Positions 37,622-46,615 of a DNA stretch of 64,000 nt are shown piece by piece (positions within the stretch are counted from its first letter, which is position 1; each line of letters opens with the position of its first letter). The DNA comes from an uncultured Mycoplasmatota bacterium. GTDB taxonomy: Bacteria > Bacillota_I > Bacilli_A > RF39 > UBA660. The stretch lies in the NCBI GenBank assembly GCA_947574255.1, contig CANPJT010000002.1, positions 273 to 64,272 on the forward strand, in the 5' to 3' direction. A model generated the notes under the pieces. That model was given only the letters and a program-made list of their open reading frames with translations, ran no database searches and was not told the origin of the DNA. The translations under genes were made by a program, and so were the position numbers.

Positions 37622-38410
37622 TTATGTTCCCATTAGCATTAATACCGCAAATATTAAGAGAACCATTACTCCAAGACCAGTAGTAACTAACATACTCATG
37701 GTTTTGGATTCCATTTTTTCTAGACGTTGCTTATACTTTAAATCACGAGCTTTTTGAGTCAAGTTTGAAATAGTTTTAGAAAAAGCAAGTAATTGATCTT
37801 GTTTATGTTCTTGTCTACCTAAACTTAAACGATATAGTAAACGCATCATACGCATCGAATCTCTTACAGGATATTGTTTAGCAAAATTAACATATGGATC
37901 GATTTTATCATTACCAGAGTTAATTTCATTAATAAGTTCATGTAATCCTTCTTTAAATATTGCAGGTGCATCATCAATAGATTTTCCAATTGCTACTGGT
38001 ACAGTATAATGTTGAATTAAAATCTCTAAGCTTTTTAAGTAATGTGGTAACATTGCATCTATTTCGTGAAGATGCTTTTTATAATAATTTCTAATATTAA
38101 AATAATCTAATTTAAATATTAATACTCCACCTAATACCGAAAATAAAATTGTAACATAATTTAATTTTGAAATAAAACAGAACATTAATACTACTGCTAC
38201 AATTAAACCATTTCTTATTCGTTTATTAAATAAAGCATCTCCATTTACACCGTCACCATATTTTGCTTTAACATAAAAATCCCAATCTTCTTCTTTTAAC
38301 TTTTTAAAATAGACTTCGTTATCAGCAATAAATTTGTTAGTGTTTATTCTTCCAGTATAGCTCATCATAAATATAATTATTATACCAATTATTAAAATTT
38401 CTATAGTCAT
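37622..38410 (-). CDS. TadC-like platform protein (type II secretion system F-domain family)
   Basis: 262 aa with TadC-like topology: an N-terminal TM, a TM pair at ~aa 68-100, a cytoplasmic helical domain and a C-terminal TM. It has a 1-nt overlap with the upstream TadB-like gene. Confidence 0.55.
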   Translation of the reverse strand: MTIEILIIGIIIIFMMSYTGRINTNKFIADNEVYFKKLKEEDWDFYVKAKYGDGVNGDALFNKRIRNGLIVAVVLMFCFISKLNYVTILFSVLGGVLIFKLDYFNIRNYYKKHLHEIDAMLPHYLKSLEILIQHYTVPVAIGKSIDDAPAIFKEGLHELINEINSGNDKIDPYVNFAKQYPVRDSMRMMRLLYRLSLGRQEHKQDQLLAFSKTISNLTQKARDLKYKQRLEKMESKTMSMLVTTGLGVMVLLIFAVLMLMGT

Positions 38411-39303
38411 TATTCTACCCCCAAATCTTCATTATAATATTTTTCACCTGTCACTAAAAAATAACTATTTATTATGATGATTAAATGGAGAATTAATTGA
38501 ACATACCATATTTCTAATAATTCTATATAACTATCTGTTCCGAGTAAAAATTGCATAGCCATTACAAGTAAAAACAATGCTAAGCCAAATGTAATAAATT
38601 TACGATGAAAGTTTTTTCTATCTACTTGATCACGATAAACTCCTTCTACTAAAGCATCGATATCTTGAGCCATATTTTCTAAAGCTTCACCAGAATCTTT
38701 AGCACCTTCTTTAGTAATTTGAAGAAATAATTGATTCATATTTTTAACCATATAAAATGGATATTTTTCATTAAAAAATTCTACTGACTCATCTATTGTA
38801 CCATTTTGGTAAGACATCTCTATCATGGTTTTTACATCTTGCAAAACTGGATCTTCTAATATTCCAGAGTCTCTAACACCTTCTAGTGATTTAACAAAAC
38901 TTTGAGTAGTTGTAAATTCCATAATAACATTAGTTGTATATATTTGAATTTGTTCAAATATATATTCGCTATATATTTTTTGATATCTTAAATATGTTAA
39001 ATATGGAATAAAAGCTATTGCAACTCCAGCATATATCAGGGTAAAAATTATGTTATAAAAGTAAAGATATGAGATGCCACCTGCAACTGCTCCAAACATA
39101 ATTATTTGAGTTGCATATTCTCTAGTTGAGAAGTCTTGACCTAAACTTTTAACTTTTTCTCTTACTTCTTTATAACTATAAGGTGCATATTTATTATAAA
39201 TATCACTTACTTGAGTAATAAAAAATCGATAAACATTTTTGCCGTTATTTTGGCGGTATGATATCACATATATTGCAATTATAATTAATATAATTAATTC
39301 CAT
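38410..39303 (-). CDS. TadB-like platform protein (type II secretion system F-domain family)
   Basis: 297 aa with an N-terminal TM, a TM pair at ~aa 65-105, a cytoplasmic domain and a C-terminal TM pair. It sits immediately downstream of the secretion ATPase. Confidence 0.55.
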   Translation of the reverse strand: MELIILIIIAIYVISYRQNNGKNVYRFFITQVSDIYNKYAPYSYKEVREKVKSLGQDFSTREYATQIIMFGAVAGGISYLYFYNIIFTLIYAGVAIAFIPYLTYLRYQKIYSEYIFEQIQIYTTNVIMEFTTTQSFVKSLEGVRDSGILEDPVLQDVKTMIEMSYQNGTIDESVEFFNEKYPFYMVKNMNQLFLQITKEGAKDSGEALENMAQDIDALVEGVYRDQVDRKNFHRKFITFGLALFLLVMAMQFLLGTDSYIELLEIWYVQLILHLIIIINSYFLVTGEKYYNEDLGVE

Positions 39304-39327
39304 TTTGCACCAACTCTCTTTATACTT

Positions 39328-40512
39328 TTATAGGGTTTCTACTGCATTTTTTACAACATTTGGTTGAATTTGAGTTTGTGATTGTTGTATTTTTTGTTCA
39401 GGGGCAGTAATTGTCATATTTAGGGTACTATTAGATTCTTCACTATCTGATCTAAATATGTTATCTGGAAGAGTTACTCCTTGAATTGATAAATAATCTC
39501 TTAAATTTTTAGAGGGATTATTTAAGGTGTATTTGCCATCCAATGTTTTTTTAAAAATGGTATTTGCTTTAGGATTATTGTCTTCATCAACATAAAATTC
39601 ACAGATTTCCATTATTTCTCTTTGAAATCTTCCTAATTCTTTACTCATATACCCTTTAACATATATACCAATTTGTACATAACGATGAATCGTTGTTAAA
39701 AATTGTTCAACATCTAGGTTTGATTCTAACAAACTATACATACGCATTGGTATGGATGAAGCTTTATCAGCATGAATAGTAGATATAATATGGTGTCCAG
39801 AAGATATTGAATTACGTACAGCAAGTACAGCTTCGGCACTACGAACTTCAGATAATAAAATCCAAATAGGATTTTGACGCATACAAGTTACTAATACTTC
39901 AGAATAGGAAGCAATGTTATTGGTTTTCATTGCTACTATATCTCGATGAGGAAATATGCGGTCTAAATGTAATTCTAGAGTATCTTCTATTGTTATTATT
40001 TTCTCATTCTCTTTAGTGGTACTAGCTAAGTATTTAACTAGTTCAGTTTTACCAGAACCAGTTTCTCCACTAACAATAATATTAGCATGACCTTGAACAC
40101 ACGCTAATAGAAAATCAAGTAAATCTTCAGAAACGTATTTTTCATTAATTAATTTTTCTTTATTTAATCTAATTTTAGCAGGAGTTTTACGTATCAAACA
40201 AGCTATTCCATTAGTTGCTATTGATTCATGAACAAAGTTAAGACGAAGTTCAGTTGACTCAGCATCTAAGAAAGGATGAGCCATATTAAACGTTTTTCCC
40301 ATTACATTAGAACATTGAAACGCCAATTTTTCTAATAAAGTATTATTTATTTCTGGTCTTTCAATTTTGAATACACCACGAGAAAGAGTTTTTAACCATA
40401 CTTGTCCACCATTACTATATGAAATATCGGTGACATCATCAAGTTTTAAAAATTCATCAAGAGGACCGAAGTCCAATTGAGAAAATATAGCATCATTATC
40501 CATTAAAGTCAC
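39328..40512 (-). CDS. Type II/IV secretion-family ATPase (CpaF/TadA/VirB11 clade)
   Basis: Walker A VSGETGSGKTE, Asp/Walker B region KIITIEDTLEL, LLSEVRSAEA and His box IISTIHA. The N-terminal region (LDEFLKLDDVTDISYSNGGQVWL) is typical of this family. Confidence 0.85.
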   Translation of the reverse strand: MTLMDNDAIFSQLDFGPLDEFLKLDDVTDISYSNGGQVWLKTLSRGVFKIERPEINNTLLEKLAFQCSNVMGKTFNMAHPFLDAESTELRLNFVHESIATNGIACLIRKTPAKIRLNKEKLINEKYVSEDLLDFLLACVQGHANIIVSGETGSGKTELVKYLASTTKENEKIITIEDTLELHLDRIFPHRDIVAMKTNNIASYSEVLVTCMRQNPIWILLSEVRSAEAVLAVRNSISSGHHIISTIHADKASSIPMRMYSLLESNLDVEQFLTTIHRYVQIGIYVKGYMSKELGRFQREIMEICEFYVDEDNNPKANTIFKKTLDGKYTLNNPSKNLRDYLSIQGVTLPDNIFRSDSEESNSTLNMTITAPEQKIQQSQTQIQPNVVKNAVETL

Positions 40513-40526
40513 CCTCTTTTGTATTT

Positions 40527-41372
40527 TTATTCATTATTTACATTATTATTATTGTTGTTGTTATTATTTGTATTAGTTGAAGTTGTTTCATTTTGTGGTA
40601 AAGTTACACTTTGAGCCAAAATGAAATCTCTTATTACATCACTAGATACTAATGTATCACCAGGATTAGCGCTATAAGATGCATTTCTTGGTACTGGAAC
40701 TATTTCAATTGAATGAGATGTTATATATCCAGCTTTCATTAAAAGTAAGTACATATCATCAGGAACAGCAAATAATAATTCTTCTGGTGTACGACTTTCA
40801 ACATTTGTTTCAAAAACATGATTTCCATTACCATCTTTAACAGCTAAAACTTTAATACTTTCAATTAATTTTCCAAACATTACTTTTCCAGTATCATCTA
40901 CACCTTTAAAGTATAAGTCAATATAGTTGTTAGGATAAATTGAATTACCATATGTTGAATGTAAATTAACATTTAAACTATATATAGTATATCCGTCTGG
41001 AATATCGGCAAATGCACTATCTGGCATTTCATTTGATTCAATTACTTGTGATTTATAAAACATACCATTTTCTGGGATAGTTGTTCCATATGATACATAT
41101 TTATTTATTAATTGATTAGCATCAATAATTAAATTATCACTTTCATTTACTACATTACGAGAAACCTCTCTGTAACCTATCATATCACTCGTTATTTGAG
41201 TACGAGATGATATTTCTTCTTTGGCATAAGGAACACTAACTGGGGTTGTTGCTTGTTTTACACGATAATTATATCCAATATATAATACCAAAATACAAAG
41301 TATCACACCTATAATTGTTACAGTGTTCTTATTTCCTAAAAATCTTTTTATTGTTGTTAAAATATTTCCCAT
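40527..41372 (-). CDS. CpaB/RcpC-like pilus assembly protein (TM + SAF-like domain)
   Basis: N-terminal TM anchor. PVSVPYAKEEISSRTQITSDMIGYREVSRNVV resembles a SAF/CpaB N-domain. It sits directly upstream of the ATPase, as in tad loci. The protein ends in a poly-Asn tail. Confidence 0.5.
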   Translation of the reverse strand: MGNILTTIKRFLGNKNTVTIIGVILCILVLYIGYNYRVKQATTPVSVPYAKEEISSRTQITSDMIGYREVSRNVVNESDNLIIDANQLINKYVSYGTTIPENGMFYKSQVIESNEMPDSAFADIPDGYTIYSLNVNLHSTYGNSIYPNNYIDLYFKGVDDTGKVMFGKLIESIKVLAVKDGNGNHVFETNVESRTPEELLFAVPDDMYLLLMKAGYITSHSIEIVPVPRNASYSANPGDTLVSSDVIRDFILAQSVTLPQNETTSTNTNNNNNNNNNVNNE

Positions 41373-41399
41373 TTTTTTCTTCCTCCATTTTATTCATTT

Positions 41400-41819
41400 C
41401 TAATCTTTTTGTGTATCAGCACCAGATAATTCTAATACTCCATCAACTTTATTTACAATATCAAATGATGCAGAATCTCCTGCTACTATAAAACTTCCAC
41501 TTTTTGTTGAGACTTTAACACTTACTTTAGGTGGTGCTTCATAAATATCATAAAAATCTACTTGATATGTATTAAAACTAACATTTTCTGCAAATCTTCT
41601 TAAAAAAGACTCAATAAATTTTTCTCTATCTATTTTTAATTCGCCATATTCACGATAATAACCATAATTAATGGCATCGACCATTGAAGCTTCTGTAACT
41701 TCTTTTATTAAATAGTAATCTTGTGTGTTGTTTGTAGTTATATTAGAGATTAACATCATAATTACTATTATGAAAACACCTAATGTAATCAACCAATAAC
41801 CCCAGTATGATTCTTTCAT
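41400..41819 (-). CDS. Small N-terminally anchored protein, unknown role (pseudopilin-like or VirB8-like size class)
   Basis: 139 aa. MKESYWGYWLITLGVFIIVIMMLISNI is followed by a ~110-aa soluble domain. Confidence 0.5.
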   Translation of the reverse strand: MKESYWGYWLITLGVFIIVIMMLISNITTNNTQDYYLIKEVTEASMVDAINYGYYREYGELKIDREKFIESFLRRFAENVSFNTYQVDFYDIYEAPPKVSVKVSTKSGSFIVAGDSASFDIVNKVDGVLELSGADTQKD

Positions 41820-41838
41820 TAGTTATTTTCCCCCATTT

Positions 41839-44583
41839 CTATTTCCAAGAAGGTCCAGAGCCTTCATTATTTATGGTACCATTCCATAAAGTCCATTTAT
41901 CATTTAATTTAGCATCAAAATATTTATTACTACGATTTTTATCACGTAAGAATTTGCTTGTTCCATAAACATTATTGTATCCTTCTAATTTATGAAATTC
42001 TAAGTCTTCATCAACATAAGTACCAGTACTTTTATTGTAATCTCTTATAGCTTTCATTTGAGTTGGCGTTATTGTAAATGAATATTCTGCTTTTTTATAA
42101 GCATCTTCTTTTGTCACTTCTTCTATAATTCTTTTAGTTTCTTTTCCTTTATCGTTCGTCCAATTATATCCCATTGTACGATTGTTTGGATTTATATCAG
42201 ATAATGATACAGTACGGAAATTATATACTTCATTACCATCAAAGATACAATTTATACAATGAACTTCACATTCTGGACAATAATCATCAGATATAATTTC
42301 ACAAATTTGTTTACCATCTTGTTCTTTTTCTTGGCATCTCCAACCTTCAGGTAAGTTATTGTAATCTTCACATGAACAACTAACTTTACATTCTGGACAA
42401 TCAACTACATAAAAACATACATAACCAATATTTGTAGTTATTCCTTTTCCATTATTAATTGCTTTTACAGCTTCATTTAATCTTCCAGACTCACATCTTC
42501 TATCATTATATTGACCAATTTTTGTGAAATCTAATTTCCAATTATAAACTCCGGTTGGTGTTTTTAAGGCAACTGGCAATATAGCTCCTAAATAAGAATA
42601 ATTTTCTTTGACATTATTTCTATCTTCCACTTTTTCTATAATACCATGAGGATAATTAGATTGAAATTCTTGTTTGTTGTTATATTTAGCAGTTTTTTTC
42701 ATTGAAGCTTTTATAAATTTTACACTACTAGAAATATTACTTTGAGTGTTTCCTTCATTATTACATCCATCATGAACACCATCAACTATACATTCTAAGA
42801 ATGGAATATTTTCTTTGATATTTCCACCACCTGAAACGTCATATTGTTCATTAGTTGAAGTACCAACAGAAACTTTTCTATCTGAGACTTCAGTTTCTCC
42901 TATTTTCTTATAATTAGCTGGATAATCTTCTTCATATTTAAATTTCATTTCTGGATTAAAGCAATATTGTTCACCAGTTTTATTATCTTTAAGTTCAACA
43001 CTTTCCCATTCATTTGCCCAACTATAGCAACTACTAATTTGTTTAAGAATATTATTCAATTCAGATTTTGCTTTATCAAAATTATTTTTTAATGGTGCTA
43101 TATCTCCGAGATCTAATGCTACTACACTTGTTGGTTGTAAATTCAAACTACAAGATCCTGTATTGCTATCACAATTATTAATAGTATATTTATTATAAGT
43201 TCCGCCACCATTTTTAGCTGTATTTGCTTCAGCATAATTATTATAAGCATCTACAACAGCTCTTTGGGCATCTTGAACATCAGTTTTAAATTGGGCTAGA
43301 TCAATTCCTTCTACACCATTGTCTGATGCTCCTGAAATATAACATGATCTAGTTCCTTCTATTTTAGTATCATCTAATTTGAAATATCTACCACTAGTTG
43401 TATATTTAGCTTTTGGTAAAGTCATTTTATAATCTTCTTTACAATATACAGAACAATATTTATTTCCAGCGTCTACTAAACTAGTGTCTTGATATGAATT
43501 TCCACCTTCATCTCTTGATCTAATAACACAAGAATTTATTTTTGTTGGACCATTAATGGTAGCTGTTTTATTTTCAGAATCATCACAATATTCAGGAATA
43601 TCTACTGTAGTTTTGCCATCTGGTCCGCTACAATCATTAGGTCCACCACCATTATGACAATATTTTTCCCAATATTCTCCACCTTCAAGTTCTGATATTT
43701 CTTTGGTGAATGTTTGATTAGGCTTTACTACTTCTGTTCCATTTTCAACAGCTACTATTCCTCTAACCTTATCAGATTTTTTAAAAGCCATTATACGTTG
43801 ATTAGCAATATTATCAGGCGTACACATATATAAATCTGTGCTATCACTTTCATAAAAAGCATTTATTGTATATTTACAAGTTGGTTTTGTAATAGATACA
43901 ATAAGTTCACCATTAGCACCTCGACTGATATTAGAGCATTCATCACATGTAAAATCAACATCTATTGGACTTCCATTAAACGTTTTAACATCATATGTAA
44001 TAACGATACTTTCTTTATTTTGACTAATTTCTATATTCTTTTCATTTAATATTATTTTATTATTTCCTACGCTTTCAACGTTTTCATTTTTTTTGCCAAC
44101 TGAAGCTACTGCATCTTTATATAATTGATAAGCTTCTTTTAAAACATAACTACTTCCAAATAAGCCAGCTGTTCCACCAGATGTTACATATTCGTTAATG
44201 TATCTAGTATGATCCCATCCAGAGCGACTTATTTTTGACCATTGTGCTAAAAAACGTACAGCAAGTTGTTTTACTGCATGACTTTTATCACTATCTATCG
44301 CATATTTAAATGCTTTAGCTGTTGTATAATCATTTAATTGAGTACATGAAACACTAAATGTTCCTCCTCCTACACCATATCCAGCATCAAGACAATATCC
44401 TTCACCATATCCATCTACACTAAAATAATTATCTTTATATCCAGATCCTCCTGGACTTCCATAATGTAAATCAGGTATTATTGAACCACTTGTATATCTA
44501 GCTGTTGCAGCTTTGACATTTTCAACATTTAATATCAATAATCCTAATAATATAATACTTAAAACCTTTACTTTATTTTTCAT
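41839..44583 (-). CDS. Large secreted Cys-rich protein (candidate adhesin or fibre-associated protein)
   Basis: 914 aa. Signal peptide (LLILNVENVKAATA), dozens of Cys residues including CPEC...CPEC clusters (CPECKVSCSCEDY...CPECEVHCINC), and no C-terminal anchor. Its start overlaps the upstream stop (TAATG). Confidence 0.65.
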   Translation of the reverse strand: MKNKVKVLSIILLGLLILNVENVKAATARYTSGSIIPDLHYGSPGGSGYKDNYFSVDGYGEGYCLDAGYGVGGGTFSVSCTQLNDYTTAKAFKYAIDSDKSHAVKQLAVRFLAQWSKISRSGWDHTRYINEYVTSGGTAGLFGSSYVLKEAYQLYKDAVASVGKKNENVESVGNNKIILNEKNIEISQNKESIVITYDVKTFNGSPIDVDFTCDECSNISRGANGELIVSITKPTCKYTINAFYESDSTDLYMCTPDNIANQRIMAFKKSDKVRGIVAVENGTEVVKPNQTFTKEISELEGGEYWEKYCHNGGGPNDCSGPDGKTTVDIPEYCDDSENKTATINGPTKINSCVIRSRDEGGNSYQDTSLVDAGNKYCSVYCKEDYKMTLPKAKYTTSGRYFKLDDTKIEGTRSCYISGASDNGVEGIDLAQFKTDVQDAQRAVVDAYNNYAEANTAKNGGGTYNKYTINNCDSNTGSCSLNLQPTSVVALDLGDIAPLKNNFDKAKSELNNILKQISSCYSWANEWESVELKDNKTGEQYCFNPEMKFKYEEDYPANYKKIGETEVSDRKVSVGTSTNEQYDVSGGGNIKENIPFLECIVDGVHDGCNNEGNTQSNISSSVKFIKASMKKTAKYNNKQEFQSNYPHGIIEKVEDRNNVKENYSYLGAILPVALKTPTGVYNWKLDFTKIGQYNDRRCESGRLNEAVKAINNGKGITTNIGYVCFYVVDCPECKVSCSCEDYNNLPEGWRCQEKEQDGKQICEIISDDYCPECEVHCINCIFDGNEVYNFRTVSLSDINPNNRTMGYNWTNDKGKETKRIIEEVTKEDAYKKAEYSFTITPTQMKAIRDYNKSTGTYVDEDLEFHKLEGYNNVYGTSKFLRDKNRSNKYFDAKLNDKWTLWNGTINNEGSGPSWK

Positions 44584-45323
44584 TATAAAACCCTACTCCT
44601 TCTCTTTTTTATGAGTATTATAGCAGTAGTTAACCCCCCTACTACAATTACACTCCCGGTTATATTTATAACAAGTTTATTTCTTTTATATAATTCTTTT
44701 ATTTTTTCTAAAAAGCCTTTTTTTTCTTCTTGCTCTTCTTTTTGTTTTTTTTCATCTTCTTCACGTAAATCTTCAACTTTATTAATGAATGTATTGTAAT
44801 CAACATTCTCATCTGCGATGAATTCCTGACAATAATAAAATTCTGGATGCTCATTACATATTGCTAATTCTGAATAAGAATTGTACATTGGTGCAATAAA
44901 ATCAATTTTTCTAATTAAATCTCCTGCACAGCTATATTTATTAGCTATTACTTCAATATTATAATTAGTAACTGAAGTAACATCATTATGATCAAATGAA
45001 ATTATTCCATTTTGAGCATCTTTTGAAGTAAAGTTTTTTACTTCTTTAGTTTTATTATTTGTTACTTTTATTGTTATTTCATCAGATACATTCAAAATAT
45101 TGATTTTTAATCCTTTATTATAAGAGTCAAATTCTTCATCGGTTTCAGGATTAATAAGTTTACCTTTATATACTTCTACTACATCATAAGCAACTTTGAC
45201 ATTTGCTGCAATATTATTTAATTCAGCCTGTTCACTGTAACTGCAACTACTTGCTGCAAATACATCAATTGGCCGAAAAAATACACTTAAAGCCAGTATC
45301 ACACTCACTAAACTTTTTTTCAT
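44583..45323 (-). CDS. Secreted protein with a C-terminal TM anchor; first gene of the locus
   Basis: Signal peptide (FFRPIDVFAASS). The C-terminus has a Lys/Glu-rich coil, a TM helix (VINITGSVIVVGGLTTAIILI) and KKRRSR. Confidence 0.6.
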   Translation of the reverse strand: MKKSLVSVILALSVFFRPIDVFAASSCSYSEQAELNNIAANVKVAYDVVEVYKGKLINPETDEEFDSYNKGLKINILNVSDEITIKVTNNKTKEVKNFTSKDAQNGIISFDHNDVTSVTNYNIEVIANKYSCAGDLIRKIDFIAPMYNSYSELAICNEHPEFYYCQEFIADENVDYNTFINKVEDLREEDEKKQKEEQEEKKGFLEKIKELYKRNKLVINITGSVIVVGGLTTAIILIKKRRSRVL

Positions 45324-45354
45324 TTAACTCACCAACCTAAAAATTTATGCTTCG

Positions 45355-45383
45355 ATTATAACATATGAGTTAAGTAATTACAA
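45355..45383 (-). promoter_or_regulatory. Sigma-A-type promoter for the Tad/T4SS locus
   Basis: The minus strand reads TTGTAA-17 nt-TATAAT with an extended -10 TG (TGtTATAAT). It lies ~30 nt upstream of ATG 45323, with a GGTGAG-like RBS between them. Confidence 0.5.
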
Positions 45384-45436
45384 GAAATAAATTGAATTTG
45401 CTCTTTTTGTGTGATATATTTTAGAAAGGTGGTTAT

Positions 45437-45892
45437 ATGAAAAGTAAAAATTTGAAGTTTATTATAGGGGTAATTTTAATAATAGTTATTATTTTAGGAG
45501 CATTTTTAATTTATAATTTTGTTTTTCAAAATAATAACAAAGAATCAAATAATTTGGTAAATATTAATATGACTGATTTAGAGCAAAAAATCAATAGTAA
45601 GGAAACGTTTATGTTAGTTATTAGCCAAACTGGCTGTAGTCATTGTGAACAATACTTACCTGAACTTGATAGAACACTTAGTGATTACGATTTAAAAGCA
45701 AATGTTTTAAACATTAGTAATTTAAGTGATAGTGATAGTAAAAAGTTAAGTCAATATGCTAATTTCTCTGGAACTCCTACAACAATGTTTTTTATTGATG
45801 GTGAAGAGAAAACTTCTCTTAATCGTTTAGTTGGATATGCATCTAAAGATAAAATTGTGGAAAGATTACAATCTTTGGGGTATGTAAAATGA
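45437..45892 (+). CDS. Membrane-anchored thioredoxin-fold thiol-disulfide oxidoreductase
   Basis: N-terminal TM, a CxxC motif (GCSHCEQ) and a cis-Pro loop (SGTPTTMFF). The catalytic domain is predicted to be extracytoplasmic. Confidence 0.75.
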   Translation: MKSKNLKFIIGVILIIVIILGAFLIYNFVFQNNNKESNNLVNINMTDLEQKINSKETFMLVISQTGCSHCEQYLPELDRTLSDYDLKANVLNISNLSDSDSKKLSQYANFSGTPTTMFFIDGEEKTSLNRLVGYASKDKIVERLQSLGYVK

Positions 45893-46614
45893 TGGAAAAA
45901 ATTATTAAATTTGGAAAAGGAATACTTTTTAGTATTTTTGTTTTTTTACTTTATATCTATATTGGTCCAAGTATATTTGCCTTTATTTTTCAAAAAGGAC
46001 TTAAAAGTTCTAATTTTTGGATTTTAAATTTCTCAGCATTAGCTGTTTATGCTTTGACTTTTTTAGTTGTTTTATTAGTTGTTAGAAAAGATATTCTTAA
46101 ACAATTTAGAGAATTTATTAAAGAACCTAAAAAAGTATTAAATAAAGGGTTTTCCTATTGGGGGTATGGAATTATTGTAATGATTATTTCTAATTTAATA
46201 GTAACAAGTATATTAGGAGATATTGCAGTTAATGAGCAAGTAACAAGAGAAACAATTATGAAAACTCCTTTTTATGCTATTCCAACAATAGTTTTCTTTG
46301 GACCTTTTTTAGAAGAATTAGTCTTTCGTTATTGTTTTCGTAAGTCATTTTCTAAAGAAATTCCATATGCATTGTTTTGTGGATTTATTTTTGGACTTTT
46401 ACATGTTATGACAGCTTTTGATTCTCTTAGTTTATCAAACATTTTAAAACATGCTGGAGAGTTTTTATTTATTATTCCTTATGGTTCATTGGGTTTCTTT
46501 TTTGCTAAATCTTATTACGAAACAGAAAATATTTTTTCTTCAATAATTCCTCATATGCTTCATAATACATTTTCAGTTTTGTTAGTTTTAATTATGTATT
46601 TTATAGGAGTTTAA
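45889..46614 (+). CDS. CPBP-family intramembrane glutamic endopeptidase (CAAX protease-like)
   Basis: Motifs EELVFRY, FGLLH and HMLHN in a polytopic membrane protein. It overlaps the thioredoxin gene by 4 nt. Confidence 0.8.
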   Translation: MMEKIIKFGKGILFSIFVFLLYIYIGPSIFAFIFQKGLKSSNFWILNFSALAVYALTFLVVLLVVRKDILKQFREFIKEPKKVLNKGFSYWGYGIIVMIISNLIVTSILGDIAVNEQVTRETIMKTPFYAIPTIVFFGPFLEELVFRYCFRKSFSKEIPYALFCGFIFGLLHVMTAFDSLSLSNILKHAGEFLFIIPYGSLGFFFAKSYYETENIFSSIIPHMLHNTFSVLLVLIMYFIGV

Positions 46615-46615
46615 T

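Noticed and set aside
45392-45420. Candidate plus-strand promoter TTGAAT-17-TGaTATATT upstream of the thioredoxin-like gene
   Set aside because: The sequence match is good. However, the predicted transcription start would fall inside the RBS (AAGGTGG at ~45426-45432), leaving almost no leader. I therefore did not report it as a feature; it needs TSS mapping.
20010-45436. Interpretation of the block as an intact integrative conjugative element, with a search for att-like direct repeats, tRNA targets, an integrase or a relaxase at its edges
   Set aside because: No integrase, recombinase or relaxase ORF, no tRNA gene, and no obvious direct repeats at the ~20.45 and ~45.4 kb boundaries were seen by eye. 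I could not do an exhaustive repeat search, so this is 'not found' rather than 'excluded'.
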